A stretch of 64,000 nucleotides of DNA, from the IMG/VR virus record IMGVR_UViG_2718218452_000012; one strand, 5' to 3'. Numbering within the stretch: the first letter of the stretch is position 1; the number at the start of each line of letters is the position of its first letter. Positions 25,791 to 37,319 of this stretch are shown here, in pieces. The notes under the pieces are model-generated. The model saw nothing but the letters and a program-made list of their open reading frames with translations. It searched no databases and was not told where the DNA came from. Source of the stretch: a virus. Its lineage: Duplodnaviria; Heunggongvirae; Uroviricota; Caudoviricetes. A program made the position numbers and the translations under genes.

Positions 25791-26284
25791 TACTCCTCCT
25801 GCTGTAATTCCTCCTCATCATCCGCACCTGCTTCAGTCACCCGCAGGGCTATCTGATCGCGCAGATCATCAATAATGGACTGAACACGGCTCACAGCGGC
25901 AGGCTGCAGACCGCAGTCACGTTCCAGAATATCCGGTAATGTCTCCAGCACCTGCACGACCGCTTTTGCCCAGATGGCAAACTCCCGTCTGACATCACTG
26001 GCCGGAATGAGTTGTGCCGTTTCCTGTTCGAACTTAAGACGCTCACGTTCAGACTGATACCAGGCTTTGCGCTCATGTGCGTCCATTTCGCCTTCTGCAA
26101 CCGGCGGTGGTAATGCCAGAAATGCCGACACAATATCAACCACCCGATAAAGCTTGAGGTTGCTTTCATGCCCCCCTGCAACGGGTAGATTTTGCAGCCT
26201 TGCCGCAGCAGTCTGGCGATGTACACCTGACAGTGCCGCCAATTGACTGATATTCAGCGTCAGATTTTTTAACTCTCGATCCAT
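25790..26284 (-). CDS. terminase small subunit (Nu1-like)
   Basis: 164 aa with N-terminal HTH-like region, directly upstream of large subunit. Confidence 0.8.
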   Translation of the reverse strand: MDRELKNLTLNISQLAALSGVHRQTAAARLQNLPVAGGHESNLKLYRVVDIVSAFLALPPPVAEGEMDAHERKAWYQSERERLKFEQETAQLIPASDVRREFAIWAKAVVQVLETLPDILERDCGLQPAAVSRVQSIIDDLRDQIALRVTEAGADDEEELQQEE

Positions 26285-26846
26285 ACCCGCTCCAGAATGT
26301 TTTAAACATGCATCTTGCGAACGACTTTAGGCAAACGGTGTTAGTGATGAACAAAAAACAATCAAAATCGACACCACAAAAATAAAAATACTGTAATATC
26401 AATCTATTACAGTAGTGGTGATGACGGATGAAATTTCAAAAACTAGCCTTTTTCCGCGACGCTCCCGCCCCGTGGCAGGGGCCCCCACCGGGAGGACCCG
26501 ACAGCCTGACAGCCTGACAGCCGTGATGAGCATCTGATACAGCGCTTTACATAATGGCATAGGAATAATTCAGAAGGACATCACAGCATGCCCACACAAA
26601 TTAGTGTGAGTGTCCTGTTTCTTCCTACGCACAGGACTGACGAGCATGAGGGGAAAATATGCGAACCATAAATGCCTCATCTTCAGCAATGCAACCGGCA
26701 TCCGAACAGGACGATATTGTAAATTCACCTAATTACGAGGACATTGCAGTAGTTGAATTGCAGCTCTGTATTAGCCTGACAGTGACAGAATGCGATATTG
26801 ACTCTGTCACAGGTGAAATAGTTTGAATGATTAGCAGTTATGGTGC

Positions 26847-27053
26847 TCAGTCAACCACCAGGGAATAATCCTTCGAATTCTTATCGTGCTTCACCAACGC
26901 TGCCTCAATTGCCCTGAATGCTTCCAGAGACACCTGATGTTCTATACATGCAATTACAACATCCGGGTAACTCATAGAAATGGTGCTATTAAGCATATTT
27001 TTTACACGAATCACATCCAACGAGAGTTCATCAGCAGATTGTTCTTTATTCAT
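26847..27053 (-). CDS. hypothetical small protein
   Basis: 68-aa ORF in moron region between cos/terminase and ydfO. Confidence 0.3.
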   Translation of the reverse strand: MNKEQSADELSLDVIRVKNMLNSTISMSYPDVVIACIEHQVSLEAFRAIEAALVKHDKNSKDYSLVVD

Positions 27054-27338
27054 TTTGTCGCTCCATGCGTTTGCTCGTCATCTAGCGGTTAAAATATTAC
27101 TTCAAATCTTACTGCATAAAAGAGGAAAAGTATGAAAGTTTGAGTACATCGACCTTACATACATCTGTCGGTTGCATATCCCTCCTGGATGCCAGCAAGG
27201 CTCAATTTTGTTACGCAATCAACACTATTCATTAAAAACAGGCTTAATATTTGACATAAATCATCAACAAAACACAAAGAGGTCAGACCAGATTGAAACA
27301 ATAAACACGATAATGCTAACTACGCGCCATCGTATCAC

Positions 27339-27785
27339 ATGGAAGGTTTACCAATGGCTCAGGCTGCCATTTTTAAAGAAATATTCGATCAAGTGCGTAA
27401 AGATTTAAACTGTGAATTATTTTATTCTGAGCTAAAACGTCACAATGTCTCACTTTATATTTACTATTTAGCCACAGATAATATTCACATTGTGTTAGAA
27501 AACGACAACATAGTGTTAGTAAAAGGACTCAAAAAGGTTGTAAATGTTAAATTCTCCAGAAACAAACATCTTATAGAGACCTCCTATAATAAGTTGAAAT
27601 CAAAAGAAATCACATTTCAACAATACAGGGAAAATCTTGCTAAAGCAGGAGTTTTCCGATGGGTTACAAATATCCAGGAACACCAAAGATATTACTATGC
27701 CTTTGATAACTCATTACTATTTACTGAAAGCATCCAGAAAATTACTGAAAGCATCCAGAAAACTACACAGATCTTACCACGCTAA
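27339..27785 (+). CDS. ydfO: DUF1398 family protein YdfO
   Basis: 148-aa ORF; YdfO/YbcV-like sequence; true start may be Met at 27354. Confidence 0.65.
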   Translation: MEGLPMAQAAIFKEIFDQVRKDLNCELFYSELKRHNVSLYIYYLATDNIHIVLENDNIVLVKGLKKVVNVKFSRNKHLIETSYNKLKSKEITFQQYRENLAKAGVFRWVTNIQEHQRYYYAFDNSLLFTESIQKITESIQKTTQILPR

Positions 27786-27936
27786 ACCATAACGTCCGGC
27801 TTCTCTCACTCCTGAGCCGGACTGCATTGGTTTAATAAAAACCATCAACAATTGTGATTTAGATATTCGGAACCATTCAAATATAACAAAACCCCGTAAA
27901 AACGAGGTTTATGGATAAATTTTATTATTGAATACA

Positions 27937-28110
27937 TCAGATTAAATTAATCTTGACATCATAGCTTTCAAGACCCGTCATTTTTTCCCGTGCGGTAAAC
28001 TGAATACTGGTAACTTCTTTCCCGGTCTTTTTCTTAAGTTCAATAATTTTTTTTGTTATATATTCAGAAATATCTGCTTCTGCTTTTGTTTTTAAGTCTT
28101 CAATATTCAT
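27937..28110 (-). CDS. gnsB: GnsB (Qin prophage protein; multicopy suppressor of secG/fabA)
   Basis: 57-aa ORF (below ORF-track cutoff) translating to MNIEDLKTKAEADISEYITKKIIELKKKTGKEVTSIQFTAREKMTGLESYDVKINLI, closely matching GnsA/GnsB. Confidence 0.8.
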   Translation of the reverse strand: MNIEDLKTKAEADISEYITKKIIELKKKTGKEVTSIQFTAREKMTGLESYDVKINLI

Positions 28111-28281
28111 CATTTCCTCTTTTAGTCTGTTATGACTTTCCAGTTACACAGTAAGTCGATTATATGGTGCAAACGTGTAAAAGATAAGATGAAACATCGC
28201 AATAATCAACATACGATAGTCTAAATTTTACACAAACAGACAAAGAGAATTTTCCTGAATTATCAATGCAATAGCATCAAA

Positions 28282-28512
28282 TCAACTCAAGAGCCTTATT
28301 GCTGCTTCCAGAATTTCTTCTGAAGTAACATGTCGATCCGCGGCTACATAAATGACTTTATGATCTCCGGTCAGAGATGGAAACCCTGCGGCCATTACAG
28401 TAAGGTGTGTTTTTTCGCCATTTGGATATTCACGCATGATGGTGTTAACTCCAGTCATCGCTGGCACTACCACTGCTGGTTCAGAGTTAAAAAAAACTAT
28501 GATTTTTTTCAT
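28282..28512 (-). CDS. hypothetical small protein
   Basis: ORF 28282..28554; start moved to MKKIIVFF.. ; function unknown. Confidence 0.35.
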   Translation of the reverse strand: MKKIIVFFNSEPAVVVPAMTGVNTIMREYPNGEKTHLTVMAAGFPSLTGDHKVIYVAADRHVTSEEILEAAIRLLS

Positions 28513-28783
28513 GATGTTACCGTAGTATGTGAGTATCCATCGAATAGACACCAAGCAAAAAAGCTCCCGAAGGAGCCTTCATTTTCACTTTTTTAAATCC
28601 AACGACAGACGGCTGGCATTTAAGTATTGTGAAATATTATCAAATGTAATCATCATTGATTTACAAAAGATACATTTTGCCCCGAAAGGATTCATGTCAG
28701 AAACATCAAAAGATGATGTTCTATACTGGGAACCATGACAACACGGGCATCTAAAGTGAATATGGTTTGTAATATTGTCTACC

Positions 28784-28996
28784 TCAAAGCGCCACTACAT
28801 GAACAGCGGCAGGACCTTTAGGTCCGTTCTCAATACCAAATTCAACTTCCTGATTCTCAGTTAATGTTTTGAAATCGTTGCTCTGAATTGCTGAGAAATG
28901 GACAAACACATCTTTGCTGCCATCTTTCGGCGTGATGAAACCAAAACCTTTTTCAGGGTTAAACCATTTCACTAAACCAGTCATTTTGTTAGACAT
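28784..28996 (-). CDS. cspI: cold shock protein CspI-like
   Basis: 70 aa with KWFN..KGFGFI and VHF motifs of CspA family. Confidence 0.9.
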   Translation of the reverse strand: MSNKMTGLVKWFNPEKGFGFITPKDGSKDVFVHFSAIQSNDFKTLTENQEVEFGIENGPKGPAAVHVVAL

Positions 28997-29357
28997 AATT
29001 ATTACCTTTTGAAGAAATTAGCCCTTGGGCAGAATGGTCCGAAAAAAATATCAGAGAGAAAAACCAACAAGGAAATCTCAAGAGGTACAAATAATAAAAT
29101 TATAACAATGACTGCTTCAGATAAATTTGTAACAAACCAGAACACCATTAACGCATGATTAACCACCCATAGCAAGGATTACTTTTGTAAAGAAAAACAC
29201 AGCAATGAAAGAATAGCTTTATTTATTAATAAAACGTGTCATTCTGATTAAGACCTTTTATCTTACCCTTAAGATTTCAGGAATTTTGGCTCATGGAAGA
29301 GTCCTTTTTATTCAAATTTTACATTCCGCGATGTAAATGTTCCGATTTAATATTACC

Positions 29358-30381
<1,024 letters not shown>

Positions 30382-30385
<4 letters not shown>

Positions 30386-30693
30386 AGATATTTATGATGA
30401 GGACGCTCGTGCTTATTGGCAGGATTTTCAATCTTAAAGGAGTACTGATGCTGCAGATAAGACTCAACTTTTTCTGACAATTTTTCTGCTACTTCCAGGA
30501 AGACTTGCCGGACGCTCCTTCTGGCTGCTGCCTCATAAAACTCCAGCGCAGCTCCTTCAACACGGTCCATGGCGACATCCAGGTCAAAAATTTCACCGTC
30601 AAAGCGTTCTTTGTCCTGTAAGGCTACAGTTACCGTAACTTTATTCTCAAAATTACGGACTCCTTTCACAACCAGTTCATAGTCTTGAGTCAT
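30382..30693 (-). CDS. ydfR: DUF1327 protein YdfR
   Basis: 103-aa ORF between holin and endolysin as in Qin. Confidence 0.7.
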
Positions 30694-30697
30694 TGGA

Positions 30698-30913
30698 TTA
30701 CTCTCCTCTCGCAGCCTTACGCCTGTCTTCTTTAATCTTGAAATAAAGATTTGTCAGATACGTCAGCAGGCCAAAAACCAGGCTACCCAGCACACCGATT
30801 GCAGCCCACTGTGACGGAGTTACTTTATCGAGTAACTGCAATGCCCAGAAACCAGCATTACCCGCCGATGTGCCATAGGCAACACCTGTTGTTAACTTAT
30901 CCATTGATTTCAT
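30698..30913 (-). CDS. essQ: holin (dual-start MKSM motif)
   Basis: 71-aa form starting MKSMDKL with GAGGA SD; TM helices; ORF track extends to 30988. Confidence 0.8.
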   Translation of the reverse strand: MKSMDKLTTGVAYGTSAGNAGFWALQLLDKVTPSQWAAIGVLGSLVFGLLTYLTNLYFKIKEDRRKAARGE

Positions 30914-31133
30914 ATCCTCACCCCGATGTACACGGATGGTGCAATATGTTTGAAAAGATCGGAGTCTACGGGGTAGTTTTGACAGCACACGTTGTTCTCA
31001 ACGGCGCTAAAAAAACATACACATTAAAAATGTGGGTAATTATTTTGAAAGAAAGTCATATATAAAATAATAATACGAGAAATGTTTTCATATTTAGTGT
31101 ACTGTATACGGCCATTTATACAGGAAAAGCCTA

Positions 31134-31303
31134 TGTCAGAACGTAAAAACTCAAAATCACGCCGTAATTATCTCGTTAAATGTTCCTGCCCAAACTGCAC
31201 CCAAGAGTCAGAACACAGTTTTTCAAGAGTACAAAAAGGTGCCCTTTTGATCTGCCCTCATTGCAACAAAGTATTCCAGACAAATCTTAAAGCTGTAGCC
31301 TGA
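31134..31303 (+). CDS. small zinc-ribbon protein (CxxC..CxxC)
   Basis: 56-aa ORF with SD-like AGGAAAAG upstream and terminator downstream. Confidence 0.35.
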
Positions 31304-31362
31304 TTGATTTTATTAGTAACAAGTATTTTTTATATTTTAATAATATATTTAAAGCAGATAAT

Positions 31363-31387
31363 AAAAAACCCGCCTGAGCGGGTTTGA
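31363..31387. terminator. bidirectional rho-independent terminator between small Zn-ribbon gene and cspB
   Basis: AAAAAACCCGCCTGAGCGGGTTT hairpin flanked by A-run and T-run. Confidence 0.6.
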
Positions 31388-31666
31388 GATTGTGGTGCTT
31401 TTTGTGGGAGTCATCCACTTACGCACTTTGTTTTGCCATGCCAGCAGTTAGCTTCTGCTGTAAAACTATTCATGCAGCAAACCTGCACTTCACCACAATG
31501 GTTAGCATACTTTTCCTGATTAAGATTTTGCCAAATATGCTAGCCATTGTTTCATGTATTGGACCTCCTTACTTTTTATTAAAGAGATCCAATATTCACT
31601 ACTCTGTCCGTATCTCTACTCAGGCATCAGCCTTCTTCGTTATCGTATACAGACGAGCGATGAATT

Positions 31667-31882
31667 TTAATCAGTAATGATGACATTTGCTGCTGCAGGA
31701 CCTTTAGCACCACTCTCTATAGAGAAGGTAACCTTTTGACCTTCAAATAAGGTTCGATAATTATCATTCTGAATCGCAGAAAAATGCACAAACACATCTT
31801 TACTACCATCAACAGGAGAAATAAAGCCGAAACCTTTATCAGCGTTAAACCATTTTACTAAACCAGTCATTTTATTTGACAT
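31667..31882 (-). CDS. cspB: cold shock protein CspB-like
   Basis: 71 aa CspA-family sequence. Confidence 0.9.
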   Translation of the reverse strand: MSNKMTGLVKWFNADKGFGFISPVDGSKDVFVHFSAIQNDNYRTLFEGQKVTFSIESGAKGPAAANVIITD

Positions 31883-32181
31883 TCTACATTCCTTAACTTG
31901 AGCCTTTCGGCATAAATGGTTTGCATAACAGAAACGACTTCGTACTTAATTGGAGAGACTCAAAGAAGGAATAAGTGAATAACACCTGAAATGAGAACTG
32001 CTTTAGTAAACTACTTCGTATATCGTCTGTTCTTCAAACCGACGCAATCATTAACGCATAGTTGAACATATGAAGCAATGTTTATTTTAGACATCCAGCC
32101 ATCTTCAACCCCATCAAAAAACTATAGCTTTCTTCAGGAACGTGTGTATAGTGCGCCAAGTTATCAGTATTAAGGAATTTT

Positions 32182-32394
32182 TTGTCCCGTAAAATGACAG
32201 GAATTGTCAAAACCTTTGACGGCAAAAGCGGCAAGGGTCTTATCACCCCATCCGATGGTCGTATCGATGTCCAGCTTCATGTTTCAGCGCTCAATCTCCG
32301 CGATGCAGAAGAAATTACCACCGGATTACGCGTGGAATTTTGCCGGATAAATGGTCTGCGTGGCCCTTCAGCTGCCAATGTTTACCTTTCATGA
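32182..32394 (+). CDS. cspF: cold shock protein CspF-like
   Basis: 70 aa divergent CspA-family member. Confidence 0.85.
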
Positions 32395-32676
32395 GCTATA
32401 TTAAAGCTTTAATTTCAGGCCCCATCGGATCACACATGGAGAGTTTTTATGAATAACCCCGTCTGTCTTGATGACTGGTTGATTGGCTTTAAAAGCTTAT
32501 GCTGTACTTTGGCCGTAATAGCTCTGCTAATAATATAATAAGCAGACTCATTGTGTTTAGGGACATTGTACTGGAAGAAAACATTTTAAACATCAGGCAA
32601 ATAACCAAGTCACCAGCTAAATAATAAGTTAACAGACATGAGTCCCGGGACATTACCATTGCCCCATTTAAAGCAC

Positions 32677-32709
32677 AAAACCCGCTCATCAGCGGGTTTT
32701 CTACTTTTT
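32677..32709. terminator. rho-independent terminator (downstream of Q on minus strand)
   Basis: AAAACCCGCTCATCAGCGGGTTTT hairpin with flanking T-runs on both strands. Confidence 0.55.
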
Positions 32710-32805
32710 CTTAACGTCGGGTATACAAAGCCCATCGTTGAAAAAATTTTATCCATATTTTTTGAAGAATGCAAACATCATGTCGCCATCTTCAGCAAAA
32801 ATCAT

Positions 32806-33558
32806 TTATCTCGTCACCTTCCTCAATTGCGCTTCCGCGTATGCTTCTTCCTGCCAGCACTTTGTTACCAGTTTACCAATGACGTCCGCATACCCCTTAT
32901 ACCACTGATAATCGGTCAGGTCTGGTACCAGCTTCTGGACATGACGTCGTGCCAGCGTGGTCGGTAAACGACTAAACCGGTTTCCATTACAACGCCCACA
33001 AATCTTATATACCGGTACGCCATGAAACCGGGTTCTTTTTTCATCCAGAACAATCCCTTTACCCTTACACCCTCTGCACGCTGTGCTGGCTTCGCCCTTA
33101 CCATGGCAATGCTGACATAGTTCCTTCACCCATTCTTCCTTGATTACAGATTCCCCGCGTCTGTAGTGTTTCACCACTTCGCGCAATACATTATAAAATC
33201 CCGTACCTGAACAATGCTCACAGCGAGCCTTACTTGCCGCAGACCTGGAGTAATCAGCAAAGGCAAAACTCACGAGGTAAGGAATAATCTGTAACCGGAT
33301 TTCTTCACTCAATTTGTTCAATGTCGGGTTATCCAGTGCCATCGCGTAATTTAGCAGGCCTTCAATCGCAAACTGAGGGTCCTGAACACCAACTTTTGCC
33401 AGAAATAAGGCCAACCCAAGTGGTGCTTTCGACTGCACCATCCCCTGCGCTGCCATTACATCCGTAATTGTTAAACAACCGGTGCCTGTCGCTGGAGCGT
33501 CATCGCTCAATTTTGGAGATTTTGGGGAGTAATATTTTGGTAAGGCTTCAAGGTTCAT
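32806..33558 (-). CDS. quuQ: late-gene antiterminator Q (lambda Q family)
   Basis: Resembles lambda Q (SPKSP..DVMAA.. and Cys-rich zinc-binding region); ORF track start 33588, internal Met chosen giving 250 aa. Confidence 0.8.
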   Translation of the reverse strand: MNLEALPKYYSPKSPKLSDDAPATGTGCLTITDVMAAQGMVQSKAPLGLALFLAKVGVQDPQFAIEGLLNYAMALDNPTLNKLSEEIRLQIIPYLVSFAFADYSRSAASKARCEHCSGTGFYNVLREVVKHYRRGESVIKEEWVKELCQHCHGKGEASTACRGCKGKGIVLDEKRTRFHGVPVYKICGRCNGNRFSRLPTTLARRHVQKLVPDLTDYQWYKGYADVIGKLVTKCWQEEAYAEAQLRKVTR

Positions 33559-33571
33559 GCTCGTTCTCCAC

Positions 33572-34621
33572 TTACGCCAGTACGCCAATTGCCAGCGCGC
33601 GATCGATAAAACGAAATATCAGCTCCAGTTGGGAGCCATACTTATCTTCAAATGCCACTGTATCCGTATGCAGCTCGTTGTGATGCTTTCTGCACAAAGG
33701 CAACACAAAGAGATCATGTGCTTTTGTTCCCATTCCGCCCTGCCCGTGACCAATCAGATGATGCGGATCGTCGGCTGGCATACCGCAGCAAGCACACGGC
33801 TGTGTCTTAACCCAACGTGTGTATTTCTCCTTAACCCAGCGGCGACGTTTAGGCAGCTTCATGAAAGATTCCGGAGACTCTGGATCAACGGTGATGCTTA
33901 CCACCGTCTTTTCCTGTGGTGATTTTTGTTGCTGGTGGGCGTAAGGCAACGGTGCAAGATTTTTTGTGCGTTGTTTCAATATGCTGGTGGCGGTCTGCTC
34001 TCCCGGTACGATGTCGCTTTCGCGGTACACCGAGCAGATTTTTTCCGCTGGTAATCCCAGCGAACGACGCGATACAGCCTCAGGTAGTGCATCCACCACC
34101 TGATTGCAGACCGCCCACCAGGATAATTCAGCCAAAGATAATTCCCGCTCCTGCGTACCGCTTATTGCGTGACGGATGACGTCAATCACCCATGCTGTCA
34201 GATTTTGTTGAGCAAGCAGCTCCAGTGATTCCGATGTCTGGTCACGCAGTTGGTTGTCGCAGTGCCAGCACAACACCATTGCGCCGGTACCATAACGGTG
34301 AATGACTGTTTCAGTGTGATGGTAATCGCCATTAGGCCACTGGCAGGATGTAACATGACGTAATAGCCAGTCGGACAATGCGCCAACGCCGCCAGCAGCA
34401 CGAATCACCCGTTCGTTACTAAAAAACGGCAGCAATGTTTTGTCTTCCGCCAGCGGCTGGCGAACGGCAGGAACGACTCCGGATGGCAGATTACGCATGC
34501 TTTTTGGTTCCGGTTCCACCAGCACTCGAGGATTATGAAATATCTGTATGGATTCACGGCCCGGCTTAAGGACCACCAGCCCAAGCTCAGGCACCAGAAC
34601 AGGTCTAAGTAATACCCGCAC
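33572..34621 (-). CDS. ydfU: DUF968 protein YdfU
   Basis: ORF 33572..34660; GTG start at VRVLLRPV matches the ATG start of the paralog at 53105; C-terminal CxxC/HNH-like Cys/His motif. Confidence 0.75.
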   Translation of the reverse strand: MRVLLRPVLVPELGLVVLKPGRESIQIFHNPRVLVEPEPKSMRNLPSGVVPAVRQPLAEDKTLLPFFSNERVIRAAGGVGALSDWLLRHVTSCQWPNGDYHHTETVIHRYGTGAMVLCWHCDNQLRDQTSESLELLAQQNLTAWVIDVIRHAISGTQERELSLAELSWWAVCNQVVDALPEAVSRRSLGLPAEKICSVYRESDIVPGEQTATSILKQRTKNLAPLPYAHQQQKSPQEKTVVSITVDPESPESFMKLPKRRRWVKEKYTRWVKTQPCACCGMPADDPHHLIGHGQGGMGTKAHDLFVLPLCRKHHNELHTDTVAFEDKYGSQLELIFRFIDRALAIGVLA

Positions 34622-34622
34622 G

Positions 34623-34901
34623 TTACCTCCAGATCCGTTGCTGGAAAGTGCGGGACGCACGTGGTGGGCGTTCGGAATAAGGCAGCCTGACAGAGATTAT
34701 CCAGTGCCGATAGTCGAGACTGAGAGCTTTCTTAACCTCGAACCCGCGCCTGCGGTAAGAATGAATCAGCCATTCGGCCTGTTCTGCAGTGCATGGAGGG
34801 TGCTGGAACCATTCAGACTTGAATGCGTGAGAATACCGCCCGTGCGTGCAGGCAAGAACGGGCGAATTATCAGAATTGTAATATTTTGCGTTGCGTGCCA
34901 T
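34623..34901 (-). CDS. rem: Rem protein
   Basis: 92-aa ORF upstream of ydfU as in Qin. Confidence 0.65.
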   Translation of the reverse strand: MARNAKYYNSDNSPVLACTHGRYSHAFKSEWFQHPPCTAEQAEWLIHSYRRRGFEVKKALSLDYRHWIISVRLPYSERPPRASRTFQQRIWR

Positions 34902-34967
34902 CGGTTTTCTCCGGTGGCACGGTGTTACTCAGCGGGAGTTCAGCCCCGCGCAAGATTGTAGATGAGT

Positions 34968-35219
34968 TTATTCTCCTGAAAAAGCAGAAAAGCCAGCTTT
35001 TATTCCGATCTCTTTCAATGCCTGTAATGAAGTGACAAACTCACCTTCGCGCAAGATAAATCCGTCCGTGACCCGAGCATCCACAAAATTAATTAACGCA
35101 GCCCCATTCTTTCGCAAACACATAATGCGGTAATGACTAACAAGATTTCCATTTTCAACGCACACAGCATAGAGGCCATCTTCACAAAAAATTTTACGCA
35201 GTTCTTCGATGTTCATCAT
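34968..35219 (-). CDS. hypothetical nin-region protein (paralog of 52495..52758)
   Basis: 83-aa ORF; about 75 percent identical paralog in second module. Confidence 0.45.
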   Translation of the reverse strand: MMNIEELRKIFCEDGLYAVCVENGNLVSHYRIMCLRKNGAALINFVDARVTDGFILREGEFVTSLQALKEIGIKAGFSAFSGE

Positions 35220-35335
35220 CAGAATCCTTCCGGATAATTAGCTCTCCCCTTTAAGGGACCATCCCTCTTATCCCTGCGCGCTACTTAAGTATTTTTGATT
35301 CTATTCCGGCACCGTCCAGAACTTCAAACGCGTTG

Positions 35336-35366
35336 AAAATAAAAACAAAAACCCGCCGAAGCGGGT
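35336..35366 (-). terminator. rho-independent terminator downstream of hokD
   Basis: AACCCGCTTCGGCGGGTT hairpin followed by T-run on minus strand. Confidence 0.6.
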
Positions 35367-35435
35367 TAAGTGCGGGTGCGTTGAGGATGCCTGCCACATC
35401 AGAGGTGGCGAGGGATTTCTCCCCCGCCGGGTCTC

Positions 35436-35591
35436 TTACTCCTCAGGTTCGTAAGCTGTGAAGACAGCGACCTCCGTCTGGCCGGTTCGGATTCGTACCT
35501 CGCAGAGGTCTTTCCTCGTTACCAGTGCCGTCACTATGACGGTTAAACAGATGACGATCAGGGCGATTAACATCGCCTTTTGCTGCTTCAT
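35436..35591 (-). CDS. hokD: Hok-family type I toxin HokD (RelF)
   Basis: 51-aa ORF MKQQKAMLIALIVICLTVIVTALVTRKDLCEVRIRTGQTEVAVFTAYEPEE (below ORF-track cutoff); downstream of relBE. Confidence 0.85.
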   Translation of the reverse strand: MKQQKAMLIALIVICLTVIVTALVTRKDLCEVRIRTGQTEVAVFTAYEPEE

Positions 35592-35662
35592 AGCCTGCTT
35601 CTCCTGTCAACGCAAAGCAGAAGTGTCACCTTCGGTGCGAAACAGAGATGTCATGCTTTGGT

Positions 35663-35950
35663 TCAGAGAATGCGTTTGACCGCCTCGCTATATACTTCCG
35701 AGCGTTCTCTTTTCCCAACAGAAATCACGAAAACGACAACTTTCTCGTCTATAACCTGGTATACAAGGCGATAGCCTGAAGACCGGAGCTTAATCTTGTA
35801 ACAATCAGGCATACCACGGAGCTTGTTTGCTTCAATCCGGGGTGACTCAAGTACTTCAACCAGCTTCTTTTTCAACTGTTCACGTACCGTCGAGCCCAGC
35901 TTTCGCCATTCCTTTAGTGCCCGCTCGTCAAAATCCAGAAAATACGCCAT
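35663..35950 (-). CDS. relE: RelE toxin (ribosome-dependent mRNA interferase)
   Basis: 95-aa ORF, RelE-like sequence, overlaps relB stop. Confidence 0.9.
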   Translation of the reverse strand: MAYFLDFDERALKEWRKLGSTVREQLKKKLVEVLESPRIEANKLRGMPDCYKIKLRSSGYRLVYQVIDEKVVVFVISVGKRERSEVYSEAVKRIL

Positions 35951-36189
35951 CAGAGTTCATCCAGCGTCACACGTACTGGCTTAGGATTACGAAGCCGTTC
36001 TTTCACTATCTCCACAAGTTCAGCATCTTCATCACTCAGGAGTGTCTGTTTGAACGGCAAGCGTTCATTGTCAGCGATATACTCGAGCATGAGACGAAGC
36101 GCTTCAGAAGGAGTTACACCCATTTTTTCAAGCGCGGCGTAAGAACGCGCTTTAAGTTCATCGTCAATACGCAGGTTAATGCTACCCAT
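35950..36189 (-). CDS. relB: RelB antitoxin
   Basis: 79-aa ORF upstream of relE. Confidence 0.9.
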   Translation of the reverse strand: MGSINLRIDDELKARSYAALEKMGVTPSEALRLMLEYIADNERLPFKQTLLSDEDAELVEIVKERLRNPKPVRVTLDEL

Positions 36190-36213
36190 GTCTTACACCT
36201 CTTGTAATTACAA

Positions 36214-36519
36214 ATGTCATTACAAGTATCGCACTACAACATGCTTAGGGCAAGTCACGAAGGAAGTCAGAAAGTAGTCGTAAGAACGGTGATCACTGTC
36301 CGCTTTGTGCCAGGAGCAGCCATTGCTAAGTCCATCCTGTATTGTGCAGGTCAGCTCGCTTTTAAAGAGTCCGGCCATCATCTTACTGGTACAGACACCA
36401 TATACTTTGTGACGGTCAGGCTACATATGCACAACTCAACTTATTCATCTATTTTTTGCTTTAGCATGTCAGTGTTGCTTTCTCGTCGGCGGGTGAGCGG
36501 TGACCTGACCTGTCGATAA
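36214..36519 (+). CDS. ydfV: hypothetical protein YdfV-like
   Basis: 101-aa ORF between relB and flxA as in Qin; weak coding signal. Confidence 0.35.
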   Translation: MSLQVSHYNMLRASHEGSQKVVVRTVITVRFVPGAAIAKSILYCAGQLAFKESGHHLTGTDTIYFVTVRLHMHNSTYSSIFCFSMSVLLSRRRVSGDLTCR

Positions 36520-36721
36520 AGGAACGTAGCACGTTTTATGCAACACCCGCATGCGGCAGAAAATTATTGCCGAACGTTTACCCCTGTCAACAAGCTTTAC
36601 TTTCTGAGGCGCGCCAGCCCGCGAGGAAAACAATCTGAACATCAAACAATTAATGACACAAGAAATACGATTAAAGATTTTTTTGTGCATGCCGATAGTG
36701 CTTTTTTAAAAGGAGAAATCT

Positions 36722-37054
36722 ATGTCTGTCACAATTCAGGGAAATACCTCAACCGTTATTTCAAACAACTCCGCCCCGGAAGGAACATCAGAAATAGCCA
36801 AAATCACAAGACAAATTCAGGTGCTGACTGAAAAGCTTGGGAAAATCTCATCGGAAGAGGGGATGACGACACAGCAGAAAAAAGAAATGGCTGCATTGGT
36901 ACAGAAGCAAATTGAAAGCCTCAGGGCTCAACTGGAGCAGTTGTTAAGGCAGCAGGCAGAGAAAAAGAATAAAGACGCGACAGTTCAGCCTGATAAAAAA
37001 GAAGAGAAAAAAGACGATACAAATACCGCTGGCACCATTGATATTTACGTCTAA
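36722..37054 (+). CDS. flxA: FlxA (FliA-regulated Qin prophage protein)
   Basis: 110-aa ORF with coiled-coil Gln/Lys-rich sequence matching FlxA. Confidence 0.8.
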   Translation: MSVTIQGNTSTVISNNSAPEGTSEIAKITRQIQVLTEKLGKISSEEGMTTQQKKEMAALVQKQIESLRAQLEQLLRQQAEKKNKDATVQPDKKEEKKDDTNTAGTIDIYV

Positions 37055-37319
37055 GTGACAGCCGTATTGTGGCCCTCATCGGGCCACTTTTCGCCATCAG
37101 CCTTTTCTTTAAAGACATATTATCTTTGTATCATTTCTGATAGTTAACATTACAAGATATAAGTAATGGACGCACTCCCAATTAGTCTATTTAAATCGCC
37201 ACGAGTTTAACTGACAACCCATGATCAATTATGAATTGCAACTATTTCTGTAGTCACTTTTGTGGGGACAGTCCACAAAACTGCCAACTTCCGCTTCTTG
37301 CTCTTAGCGGACATTAGCA

